DNA of 64,000 nt. Origin: Mobula hypostoma (taxonomy: Eukaryota). A model generated the notes under the pieces. The model had not been told where the DNA came from and searched no databases. It saw only the letters and a list, made by a program, of their open reading frames with translations. Position 1 is the first letter of the stretch. The number at the start of each line of letters is the position of its first letter. This document shows, piece after piece, positions 39,059 to 50,989 of the stretch. A program made the translations under genes and the position numbers. The stretch is from contig NC_086100.1 of the NCBI RefSeq assembly GCF_963921235.1, positions 199,766,001-199,830,000 on the forward strand, given 5' to 3'.

Positions 39059-40286
39059 TAGTCATAGTCATACTTTATTGATCCCGGGGGAAATTGGTTT
39101 TCGTTACAGTTGCACCATAAATAATTAAATAGTAATATGTAAATTATGCCAGGAAATAAGTCCAGGACAAGCCTATTGGCTCAGGGTGTCTGACCCTCCA
39201 AGGGAGGAGTTGTAAAGTTTGATGGCCACAGGCAGGAATGACTTCCTATGACGCTCTGTGTTGCATCTCAGTGGAATGAGTCTCTGGCTGAATGTACTCC
39301 TGTGCCCACCCAGTACATTATGTAGTGGATGGGAGACATTGTCCAAGATGGCATGCAACTTGGACAGCATCCTCCTTTCAGACACCACCATCAGAGAGTC
39401 CAGTTCCATCCCCACAACATCACTGGCCTTACGAATGAGTTTGTTGATTCTTTTGGTGTCTGCTACCCTCAGCCTGCTGCCCCAGCACACAACAGCAAAC
39501 ATGATAGCACTGGCCACCACAGACTCGTAGAACATCCTCAGCATCGTCTGGCAGATGTTAAAGGACCTCAGTCTCCTCAGGAAATAGAGACGGCTCTGAC
39601 CCTTCTTGTAGACAGCCTCAGTGTTCTTTGACCAGTCCAGTTTATTGTCAATTCGTATCCCCAGGTATTTGTAATCCTCCACCATGTCCACACTGACCCC
39701 CTGGATGGAAACAGGGGTCACTGATACCTTAGCTGTCCTCAGGTCTACCACCAACTCCTTAGTCTTTTTCACATTAAGCTGCAGATAATTCTGCTCACAC
39801 CATGTGACAAAGTTTCCTACCCGTAGCCCTGTACTCAGCCTCAGCTCCCCTGCTGATGTATCGAACTATGGCAGAGTCATCAGAAAACTTCTGAAGATGA
39901 CAAGACTCTGTGCAGTAGTTGAAGTCCGAGGTGTAAATGGTGAAGAGAAAGGGAGACAAGACAGTCCCCTGTGGAGCCCCAGTGCTGCTGATCACTCTGT
40001 CGGACACACAGTGTTGCAAGCACACGTACTGTGGTCTGCCAGTCAGGTAATCAAGAATCCATGATACCAGGGAAGCATCCACCTGCATCGCTGTCAGCTT
40101 CTCCCCCAGCAGAGCAGGGTGGATGGTGTTGAACGCACTGGAGAAGTCAAAAAACATGACCCTCACAATGCTCGCTGGCTTGTCCAGGTGGGCGTAGACA
40201 CGGTTCAGCAGGTAGACGATGGCATCCTCAACTTCTAGTCGGGACTGGTAGGCAAACTGGAGGGGATCTAAGTGTGGCCTGACCAT
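39059..40286 (-). mobile_element. Rex1/Babar LINE, 5'-truncated
   Basis: LDPLQFAY...FFDFSSAFNTI...TGAPQGTVLSP...KFSDDSAI; near-identical 3' part at 57294-58037. Confidence 0.92.
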
Positions 40287-40974
40287 ATGAAACACTGATG
40301 CTTTATGAATTTCCTGTGGTAATGTAAAGTATTCAGTTAGAGTTACTTTGTGGGTCACCATTCTTAAATATGCTACTAATGCAATGTCATATTTGTAAAT
40401 ACTTCGAAAAATTCACTTTATCTACAAAGTGATATTTCCTCTGCAAATCCACATGACATAAAAATCCCATTTTCACAGAGATCACCTACTGTATTTACAC
40501 CTTTCATCTTCCATTCTTTCCAGTACACTTTTTTTTCCCCAGTGCATATCTCAGGGTTATTCCAGAGTGAGGAGTATAACTGGTTTAAAGGTGACATTCT
40601 ACAGGGTTTATGAATTGTACTCCACACACTTCTTGAGTGAAATAGTATAGGATTTAGATTAGTCTTGTTTTCCACATGTTGTGAGAGGATGTTAAGGGGA
40701 GAATGTGGTGCAGCCAGGCTCCGTTCTATAATTACCCAATCTAAATCAACATCAGCCCTGTCCCAATGTTTAGCTAATTTGGGCATTTCAAAGGATAATT
40801 TATATGCCCTGACGTCTGGTAGACTGAGCCCACCCATGTCCCTGGACAGACACATCTTACTCATTTTCATTCTGGGCTTCTTCTTATCCAATAGAAAATC
40901 ACTGATAATTTTGTTGTATCGCTTGTAGATCAAATCTGATATATTTAAAGGAAGCATCATAGAAAGATAGTTAA

Positions 40975-43900
40975 AGATAGTCCAAGATATCCTGAAGTGG
41001 GAGGGTGAAGAGCCAGAGGTCCTGGTACATATAGGTACCAATGACATAGGTAGGAAAAGGGATGAGGTCCTGAAAGAAGAATATAGGGAGCTAGGAAGGG
41101 AGTTGAGAAAAAGGACCGCAAAGGTAGTAATCTCGGGATTACTGCCTGTGCCACGTGACAGTGAGAGTAGGAATGCGATGAGGTGGAGGATAAATGCGTG
41201 GCTGACGGATTGGAGCAGGGGGCAGGGATTCAAGTTTTTGGATCATTGGGACCTCTATTGGTGCAGGCGTGACCTGTACAAAAAGGACGGGTTACACTTA
41301 AATCCTAGGGGGACCAATATCCTGGCAGGGAGATTAGCGGGGGCTACTGAGGTGACTTTAAACTAGAATGGTTGGGGGGTGGGAATCAAATTAAAGAGGC
41401 TAGGTGTGAGGAGGTTAGTTCACAACAGAGGGGTGGGAACCAGTGCAGAGAGACAGAGGGGTGTAAAGTGAGCGTAGAAGCAAAAAGTACAAAGGGAAAA
41501 AGTAAAAGTGGCAGGCCGACAAATCCAGGGCAAGCATTAAAAAGGGCTAAGAGAGTTGTAAAAGAGCGCCTGAAGGCTTTGTGTGTCAGTGCAAGGAGCA
41601 TTCGTAATAAGGTGGATGAATTGAAAGTGCAGATTGTTATTAATGATTATGATATAGTTGGGATCACAGAGACATGGCTCCAGGGTGACCAGGGATGGGA
41701 GCTCAACATTCAGGGATATTCAATATTCAGGAGGGATAGACATGAAGGAAGGGGAGGTGGGGTGGCGTTGCTGGTTAAAAAAGAGATTAACGCAATAGAA
41801 AGGAAGGACATAAGCCGGGAAGATGTGGAATCGATATGGGTAGAGCTGCGTAACACTAAGGGGCAGAAGACGCTGGTGGGAGTTGTGTACAGGCCACCTA
41901 ACAGTAGTAGTGAGGTCGGAGATGGTATTAAACAGGAAATTAGAAATGTGTGCAATAAAGAAACAGCAGTTATAATGGGTGACTTCAATCTACATGTAGA
42001 CTGGGTGAACCAAATTGGTAAAGGTGCTGAGGAAGAGGATTTCTTGGAACGTATGCGGGATGGTTTTTTTGAACCAACATGTCGAGGAACCGACTAGAGA
42101 GCAGGCTATTCTAGACTGGGTTTTGAGCAATGAGGAAGGGTTAATTAGCGATCTTGTCGTGAGAGGCCCCTTGGGTAAGAGTGATCATAATATGGTGGAA
42201 TTCTTCATTAACATGGAGAGTGACATAGTTAATTCAGAAACAAAGGTTCTGAACTTAAAGAGGGGTAACTTTGAAGGTATGAGTCGTGAATTAGCTAAGA
42301 TAGACTGGCAAATGACACTTAAAGGATTGACGGTGGATATGCAATGGCAGGCATTTAAAGGTTGCATGGATGAACTACAACAATTGTTCATCCCAGTTTG
42401 GCAAAAGAATAAATCAAGGAAGGTAGTGCACCCGTGGCTGACAAGAGAAATTAGGGATAGTATCAATTCCAAAGAAGTAGCATACAAATTAGCCAGAGAA
42501 AGTGGCTCACCTGAGGACTGGGAGAAATTCAGAGTTCAGCAGAGGAGGACAAAGGGCTTAATTAGGAAGGGGAAAAAAGATTATGAGAGAAAACTGGCAG
42601 AGAACATAAAAACGGACTGTAAAAGCTTTTATAGATATGTAAAAAGGAAAAGACTGATAAAGACAAATGTAGGTCCCCTGCAGACAGAAACAGGTGAATT
42701 GATTATGGGGAGCAAGGACATGGCAGACCAATTGAATAATTACTTTGGTTCTGTCTTCACTAAGGAGGACATAAATAATCTTCCAGAAATAGTAAGGGAC
42801 AGAGGGTCCAGTGAGATGGAGGAACTGAGTGAAATACATGTTAGTAGGGAAGTGGTGTTAGGTAAATTGAAGGGATTGAAGGCAGATAAATCCCCAGGGC
42901 CAGATGGTCTGCATCCCAGAGTGCTTAAGGAAGTAGCCCAAGAAATAGTGGATGCATTAGTGATAATTTTTCAAAACTCGTTAGATTCTGGACTAGTTCC
43001 TGAGGATTGGAGGGTGGCTAATGTAACCCCACTTTTTAAAAAAGGAAGGAGAGAGAAACCGGGGAATTATAGGCCGGTTAGCCTAACGTCGGTGGTGGGG
43101 AAACTGCTGGAGTCAGTTATCAAGGATGTGATAACAGCACATTTGGAAAGCGGTGAAATGATCGGACAAAGTCAGCATGGATTTGTGAAAGGAAAATCAT
43201 GTCTGACGAATCTCATAGAATTTTTTGAGGATGTAACTAGTAGAGTGGATAGGGGAGAACCAGTGGATGTGGTATATTTGGATTTTCAAAAGGCTTTTGA
43301 CAAGGTCCCACACAGGAGATTAGTGTGCAAACTTAAAGCACACGGTATTGGGGGTAAGGTATTGGTGTGGGTGGAGAATTGGTTAGCAGACAGGAAGCAA
43401 AGAGTGGGAATAAACGGGACCTTTTCAGAATGGCAGGCGGTGACTAGTGGGGTACCGCAAGGCTCAGTGCTGGGACCCCAGTTGTTTACAATATATGTTA
43501 ATGACTTGGATGAGGGAATTAAATGCAGCATCTCCAAGTTTGCGGATGACACGAAGCTGGGTGGCAGTGTTAGCAGTGAGGAGGATGCTAAGAGGATGCA
43601 GGGTGACTTGGATAGGTTGGGTGAGTGGGCAAACTCATGGCAGATGCAATTTAATGTGGATAAATGTGAAGTTATCCACTTTGGTGGCAAAAATAGGAAA
43701 ACAGATTATTATCTGAATGGTGGCCGATTAGGAAAAGGGGAGGTGCAACGAGACCTGGGTGTCATTATACACCAGTCATTGAAAGTGGGCATGCAGGTAC
43801 AGCAGGCGGTGAAAAAGGCAAATGGTATGCTGGCATTTATAGCGAGAGGATTTGAGTACAGGAGCAGGGAGGTACTACTGCAGTTGTACAAGGCCTTGGT

Positions 43901-44085
43901 GAGACCACACCTGGAGTATTGTGTGCCGTTTTGGTCCCCTAATCTGAGGAAAGACATCTTTGCCATAGAGGGAGTACAAAGAAGGTTCACCAGATTGATT
44001 CCTGGGATGGCAGGACTTTCATATGAAGAAAGACTGGATGAGCTAGGCTTGTACTCGTTGGAATTTAGAAGATTGAGGGGGGATC
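40975..44085 (+). mobile_element. Young CR1 LINE: ORF1 esterase end + near-complete ORF2 (one frameshift, 3' end lost)
   Basis: ORFs 41103-41366, 41372-42097 and 42015-44093 (692 aa EN-RT). Confidence 0.96.
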
Positions 44086-44103
44086 AATTTTGACATTGGC
44101 ATC

Positions 44104-44660
44104 TGTCAGTCAGTCAGTGGGTGCCGTCCCGAATCCACGGTTGGCAGCTATGCACCTCCATCTTCTTCAATCTTGCGACAGCACCGAGTACAGCGTCTCC
44201 TCCAGTTTTTTTCTCGCTGGCTGCCTTGGCACCGTCCGCCACTGCCCCCTCTGAACTCGAGCCTGAGGCCGTGTCGGCCTCCAGCCGCGGCCACTTCTTC
44301 AAGCTCGGCCCTTCCTTAGGCGGAGGCCTTGGGCAGGTCCAGGCACACGGTGCAGTGCCCAAATTCGTCATGGTGCATTGCATACGATTCGTAGATACGT
44401 GGTGAGGCTTTAATCTCTTCCATGGAAGATGGCCGTTGGCTCACAAGGAGCTCATCCACCCTTTGTCAGGTCTTGTTTTTTTTTAGTCCTGCTGGGTGTC
44501 CTCACACCCTCCTCACTAGACTAAGTCCGGTGGGGGAGCTGGCCAAGTCGCCGACCACTCAACCACGGCCCCCGGCCGAGCGCCAGGTGCCCGCCCCCCA
44601 CCGAATCTCCGAGTTTCTGGCGCTCGACTGAAAATCATGGTCGAACGGCCAGTGACCAAA
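44104..44660 (-). mobile_element. RTE-related non-autonomous element
   Basis: CpG-rich; minus strand ends in SQD*RRWRCIAAN (RTE-like C-terminus) followed by an (ACTG)n tail. Confidence 0.55.
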
Positions 44661-45739
44661 CCACTATATATTGGCAAGCCTCAGATTTATTGCAGTTGAT
44701 TTTATAATCAGATACCTCAGAATATAATTGAATTGTTTTCATTAGTTGGGGTAAGGAATTAGGAGGGTCACTAATCAGTAATAAAATATTGTCAGCATAT
44801 AGCATCAGTATTTGAGGATGTGACTAAACACATTGACGAAGGAAGAGCAACAGATGTATTGTATATGAATTTCAGCAAGGCATTTGATAAGGTACCCCAT
44901 GCAAGGCTTATTGGAAAAGTAAGGAGACATGGGATCCAAGGGGACATTTCTTTGTGGATCCAGAACTGTCTTGCCCACAGAAGGCAAAGAGTGGTTGTAG
45001 ACGGGTCATACTCTGCACGGAGGTCGGTGACCATTGGAGTACCTCAGGGGTCTGTTCTGGGACCCATACTCTTTGTGATCTTTATAAATGACCTGGATGA
45101 GGAAATGGAGGGATGGGTTAGGAAGTTTGCTGATGACTCAAAGATTGGAGGTGTTATGGATAGTGTGGAGGGCTGTCAGCAGTTACAGCGGGACATTGAT
45201 AGGATGCAAAACTAGGCTGAGAAGTGGCAGATGGAGTTCAACCCAGATAAGTGTGAGCTGGTTCATTTTGGTAGGTCAAATATGATGGCAGAATATAGTA
45301 TTAATGGTAAGACTCTTGGCAGTGTGCCTTATGAAAACAGGTTGAGTGAACTCGGCCTTTTTCTCCTTTGCGCAATGGAGGATGAGAGGTGACCTGATAG
45401 AGGTGTATAAGATGATGAGAGGCATTGACCGTGTGGATAGTTGGAGGCTTTTTCCCAGGGCTGAAATGGTTGCCACAAGAGGACACAGGTTTAAGGTGCT
45501 GGGGAGTAGATACAGAGGAGATGTCAGGTGTAAGTTTTTTACTCAGAGCGGTGAGCAGATACAATAGGGTCTTTTAAGAGGCTTTTGGATAGGTACATGG
45601 AGCTTAGAGAAATAGAGGGCCATAGGTAAGCCTAGTAATTTCTAAGGTCGGGACGTGTTCGGCACAACTTTCTGGGCTGAAGGGCCTGTATTCTGATGTA
45701 GGTTTTCTATGTTTCTATGTAATAGAGTCAAAACGATAA

Positions 45740-46561
45740 ATTTTTGGAGAGGAGTTTTATCTTTCTGGGAATCGAAGAAAGAACTGCATACCTGTTAACA
45801 AGACACCCCCTTTACCCAAACTCCCCTACGACAAAGAGAACAGAGATTCCAGGAAAACAAAGAGCGTATCGAAGACAATGACGAACATTTTTCCAGCTGG
45901 AAATAATGAGGCTGAAAATCTCAGCTCCCCTCAAATCATAAGGGATTTGGGATTACAGGATGCTGAAGAATTCCGGATACCAGAGGAACGATCTCATCAG
46001 AATTCATTCAACACCTCAGAAGGAACTGAGGGTGTCTCAGAGGAAATAAACAATGGTTTACTGGATGGAAGTAACCATTCTCGAAATTATACTCTTCCTC
46101 AAATTGTAAAGGATTTGGGATTACAGGATCATTATCCTCACAAATTGTCTCTTCAGACTGTGAGGGAGGTGTCCCAGGATAAACTGGAGTTCAGCAAACC
46201 AACCAGACCAGAAGACCTTCCTTGGCGATTTCTCCAAAGGATCTTCTCAGCCAATTCGCTGGCGAGGAATCCTGAATGCCCACCTGAGCTGTCCTCAGAA
46301 GGTGAGGATGATGATGATGAAGACTTCAGTGATTTCTTTGAAGTTAGGGGACCAGGGGATCATGGGATGAATCCTCTGGATATCATCGCTGCCATTTTCC
46401 TCTGTGCTGACCGCTTTCTCCAGCAGGAACTGATGCGGAAGATGACTCTGTGCCAGTTTGCATTACCCTTTCTGATGCCAGACACACATAGTCATGCCAT
46501 AGACAAGGTGAGGGGACCCAGGGAAAGGTCTGGTGTAACCCTTCTCCTCTGTGCCATGAGG
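45740..46561 (+). pseudogene. URGCP: URGCP / interferon-induced very large GTPase (GVIN1/VLIG) family N-terminal region, truncated
   Basis: LGLQDHYPHKLSLQTV...LPWRFLQRIF...NPLDIIAAIFLCADRFLQQELMRKMTLCQFALPFLMPD...TLLLCAMR; cut by a CR1 at ~46562; no GTPase domain in the window. Confidence 0.85.
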
Positions 46562-47245
46562 CTTTTAATCCCTCCCGCTCTATCGTGTCTTAAACAACTG
46601 AACCCCAGAATATTGAGCTGCCAGTCCTGCCCGTCCTGCACCAAGTCTCACCAATGGCTACAATATCATAATTCCAGGTGTTGATCCATGCCTTGAGATC
46701 ATCTGCCTTTCCTACGATACTCCTTACATTGAAATATACGCAGCTCAGGACATTAGTCTCACCAGGCTCAAACTTTTAGTTCCTGACTTTGTCTGAAGTC
46801 TTAACAACATCTGTCTCAACAACCACTCCACTACCTGTTCTGGCACTCTGGTTCCCACCCCCTTGCAACTATAGTTAAACCCCACCGTGCAGTAGTAGCA
46901 AACCTTCGTGTGAGGATAACCGTCTTCTTCCAGTTCAGGTGCAGACCATCTCTCCTGAACAGATGCCACCTTCCCTGGAAGACAGCCCAATTATCCCAAA
47001 ATCTGATGCCTTCCCTCTTATACCAACTCCTTAGCCATGTGTTAAACTGTGTGATCTTCCTGTTTCTGGCCTCACCAGCACGTGGCATGGGGAGAAATTC
47101 TGAGATCACAACTCTGGAGGTCTTGCCCATTACCTTAGCACCGAACTCCCTGAATTCACTCTGTAGAAACTCGTCACACTTTCTACCTACATTATTGGTT
47201 TCTTCTGGACCTCGACCTCTGGCTGTTCACCCTCCCTCTTGTGGC
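46562..47245 (-). mobile_element. CR1 ORF1-end/endonuclease fragment
   Basis: VVISEFLPMPRAG...FRRDGLHLNWK. Confidence 0.85.
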
Positions 47246-47505
47246 TTTTAAACATGAAATAGTGAGTGTTGAAAGTCTGCATGTTCCTGTGAGAGTGAAA
47301 GGCAGGTTATCAAGAGGAACAAGGAGTCAAGGATCAAGTGTATCCCTGGTGGAGTACGGGGATGCAGGGGTATATCCAAGGAGGAAGTCAGGAGGGAATA
47401 AAGAGGACATGACATAGCTTTAACAGGGAATATGAAGGAGAATCCAAGGACACATTCTATTGTTCTCAGTATATTAAGGGATGAAGAGTAACTGGAGGGA
47501 GATTA

Positions 47506-47924
47506 CTTTCTTTCCATTACACCACCTAGTGTTTAGGGCAGCAACGAAGATCCTCCATCTCCGTCTGTCCGGTGTTCAGGCCTTCCTTCATCGTGTCAGG
47601 AGCTTCCTCTCGGTTTTACTCTGTCAGCCTTGCTCGTCCCGGGTGGAGACTCAGGAATACCATCACACTCAGATGTAGAAGGATTCTTCATTGCTGTTTC
47701 CGTAACAGATTTGTTTGACCAGTCAGGGTTGTTAGCCCTGAGCTGAACCCCGAACTCGGAGGACTGGTGACCACTCTTTGTCTGTCCTCCCTTTGACCTG
47801 GTTTGCATGGGTGACCCTACCAAGAGCCAAAGCAGAAAGCCCTGACTCCAGACAACATGGATCTCCAGGTCACTGAGGCATGCAAGCCTCTAAACCACGA
47901 CAAGGCTGTGGTCCTCTTGGAGGA
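47506..47924 (-). mobile_element. RTE/BovB-related short non-autonomous retroposon with TSD
   Basis: 11-bp TSD GAGGGAGATTA (47495-47505 and 47925-47935); 5' end GGACCACAGCCTTGTCGTGG resembles RTE/BovB 5' UTRs. Confidence 0.75.
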
Positions 47925-48063
47925 GAGGGAGATTAGGGCCTCTCAGAGACATTTATACATGGAGCCACACGAGAGGGATGAGGTGCTCATTTAATACATC
48001 TCCTGATTTTACTGTGAAGAAAGTCATGATGACTTGTGAACATAAATGGAGATGTCTGGCAGA

Positions 48064-48410
48064 TTCTTCTTCTTGCGCCCTTAACTCCTGGTGGAGTCGT
48101 CGGGGCACCGTCATGACAAGCTTTGCACCTGATTGGTGTGCTCACCATGTGGCGTGACTTGGGCATCTGAAACCTGGCGGATCCCATCCCTCTCCAGGTT
48201 TGACCGCAGCCGATTTCCTCCAACTAGGTGACTCGCCTTGCTCATGAACACGTGGCCGTTATAGTTCATCTGAGAACCTTTTCATCTGAGAACCTTTCCG
48301 TCCCGGCCGCTGACTTCATCATGGAAGTCTTTCGCCCAGTGGTGCCGTGTTAACACCACCCCCTCACGTGGTTTAGCCCGCCAGCTGAAGCGGTTTACCG
48401 GGGTATGGCC
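48064..48410 (-). mobile_element. Short CpG-rich retroposon with (GAA)n tail (RTE-like)
   Basis: TTCTTCTTCTT tail at 48064; interrupts CR1 sequence. Confidence 0.5.
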
Positions 48411-50010
48411 ACAGTATATTACAGACCACCCAACAGACCAAGGGATTTAGAGGAACAAATCTGCAGAGAGATATCAGACTGTTGCAGGAAATATAAGGCT
48501 GTAATAGCAGGTGATTTTAACTTTCCACATATTGACTGGGAATCCCATCCTGTAACAGGACTAGATAGGACAGAGTTTGTCAACTGTGATCAGGAAAGTT
48601 CCCTTACTCAATTCATAGAAGACCAAGGAGAGAGTGTGCGATACTTGATCTGCTTTCAGGGAATGAGACAAGGCAGGTGACAGAAGTCTGTGTAGGGTAA
48701 CACTCTGCATCTAGTGATCATGCAGAAACTGCTGGGCCATAGCAGAGATATCTAGATCATCCTGAGAAACAGGTGAGAAACTGGAGGATTGGAGGATAGC
48801 CATTCTGCTGTGCAAGAGAGGCTCTAAAAATAAAACAGGATATTAGAGGTGGGTGAGCCTGTGGGAAAGTTATTGGAAGGTATTCTGGGGGACCGAATAT
48901 ACAAGTATTTGGATAGACATGGGCTGATTAAGGATAGTCAGCGTAGCTTTGTGCTTGGTCGGTCATGTCTAACTAACTATTCAGAGTATTTCAAGGAAGT
49001 TACCAAGAAAGGTGATGAAGGCAAGGCAAGGCAAGGTCATGGACTTTAGCAAGGCATTTGAGAAGATCCCACATGGGAGGTTGGTCAAAAAGGTTCAGTC
49101 AATCGGCATTCACGATGAGGTAGTAATGTAGATTAAGCATTGGCTTTGTGGGAGAAGCCAGAGAGTGGTAGTAGATGGTTGTCTCTCTGAGTTGAGGCCT
49201 GTAACTAGTGGACTGGCACAGGGATCAGTGCTGGGTCCATTGTTTGTCATCTATATCAGTGATCTGGTGATAATTTGGTTAACAGATGACACCAAGATTA
49301 GGCTGTAGTGGACAGCAAGGAGGGCTATCATGGTTTGCAAAAGCATCCGGACCAGCTGGAAAAATGTGCAGAAAAATGGCAGATGGAATTTAATGTAGAC
49401 AAGTGTGAGGTGCTGAACTTCAGTTAGACCAACCAGGGTAGATCTTGCACTCTGAGCGGTAGGGCACTGAGGAGTGTGGTAGAACAAAGGGATCAGGGAA
49501 TACAGGTCCATAATTCATCGGAAGTGGTGTCACAGGTCGATAGGGTCGTTACAAAAGCTTTTGGCACATTGGCAATCATAAGTCACCGTATAGAGTACAG
49601 GAGATGGGGTGTAATGTTGAAGTTGTATAACATATTTATGAGGCCTAATTTGGAGTATTGTGTGCAGTCTTGGTCACCTACCTACAAGAAATATGGAAAT
49701 AATATTGAAAGATTACAGACAAATTTGCAAACATGTTGCCAGGTCTGGAGGTCCTGAGTTATAAGGAAAGACTGAATAGGTTAAGACTTTATTCCTTGGA
49801 ATGTTGAAGATTGATAGGAGATTTGATAGTGGTATACAAAATTGTGTATCGACAGGGTAAATGCAAGCAGGTTCTTTCCACTGAGGCTGGGTGGGACGAG
49901 AATCAGAGGTCATGGGTCACATGAAAAGATAAAGGGGAACATGAGGGGAAACTTCTCTCAGAGGGCCATGACAGCATGGAACAATCGGCCAGCAGGTGGT
50001 GAATGTGAGC
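48410..50010 (+). mobile_element. Degenerate CR1 ORF2 fragments
   Basis: YYRPPN...GDFNFPHIDW; RPNLEYCVQSW. Confidence 0.85.
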
Positions 50011-50017
50011 TTGATGT

Positions 50018-50830
50018 AGAAACATAGAAAACCTACAGCACAGTACAGGCCTTTCCGCCCACAAAGTTGTGCCGAACATATCCATAACTTAGAAATTATT
50101 AGGGTTAACCCATAGCCCTCTATTTTTCTAAGCTCCATGTACCTATCCAAAAGTTTCCTAAAAGACCCTATCGTATCTGCCTCCACCGTTGCCGGCAGCC
50201 CATTCCACGCACTTACCACTCTCTGCATAAAAAAAAACAACTTACCCCTGACATCTCCTTTGTACCTAGTCCCAAGCACCTTAAACCTGTGCCCTCTTGC
50301 GGCAGCCATTTCAGCCTTGGGAAAAAGCCTCTGACTATCCACACAATGAATGCCTCTCATCATCTTATACACCTCTATCTGGTCACCTCTCATCCTCCAT
50401 TGCTCAAAGGAGGAAAGTCCGAGTTCACTCAACCTGTTTTCATAAGGCATGCTCCCCAATCCAGGCAAATTCTTTGTAAATCTCCTCTGCACCCTTTCTA
50501 TGGTTTCCACATCCTTCCTATAGTGAGGCAACCAGAACTGAGCAAAATACTGCAAGTGGGGTCTGACCAGGGTCTTATATAGTTGCAACATTACCTCTCG
50601 GCTCCTAAATCCAATTCCATGGTTGATGAAGGCCAATGCACCGTATGCCTTCTTAACCACAGAGTCAACCTGCACAGCTGCTTTGAGCATCCCATGGACT
50701 CAGACCCCAAGATCCCTCTGATCCTCCACATTGCCAACAGTCTTGCCATTAATACTACATTCTGCCATTATATTTGACCTACCAAAATGAACCACTTCAC
50801 ACTTTTCTGGGTTGAACTCCATCTACCACT
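50018..50830 (-). mobile_element. CR1 3' fragment
   Basis: KKAYGALAFINHGIGFRSREVMLQLYKTLVRPHL. Confidence 0.92.
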
Positions 50831-50989
50831 TCAATATTTAAGCGACGTCTGGAGAGGTACATGGATGGTAGGGGTATGGAGGACTATGAACACAGTGTAG
50901 ATCAATGGGAGTAGTCAGTTCAAATGGTTTGGCATGGACTAGATGGGCTGAAGAGCCTGTTTCTCTGCTTAATTTTCCATGACTCTATG

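Larger units (their letters stand above)
38318..44810 (-). mobile_element. L1/Tx1-type LINE ORF2 3' part, itself carrying three insertions
   Basis: Minus-strand LYADNILL...KINCNKSEA at ~44680-44810; GGLSLPDVRAY...LWNNPEI (40418-40975); CWKCKNEMGT Cys motif (38802-39060); AATAAA plus poly(A) at ~38320-38345. Confidence 0.9.
37790..45720 (+). mobile_element. CR1 (5'-truncated) split by an L1 insertion
   Basis: ...GRSCLVRLIEFF (to ~38320) continues as EDVTKHIDEG at ~44811; tail ends 45720. Confidence 0.9.

Noticed and set aside
40418..41233. 271-aa ORF as a novel gene
   Set aside because: Chimera of antisense CR1 ORF1 and L1 ORF2 across an insertion junction
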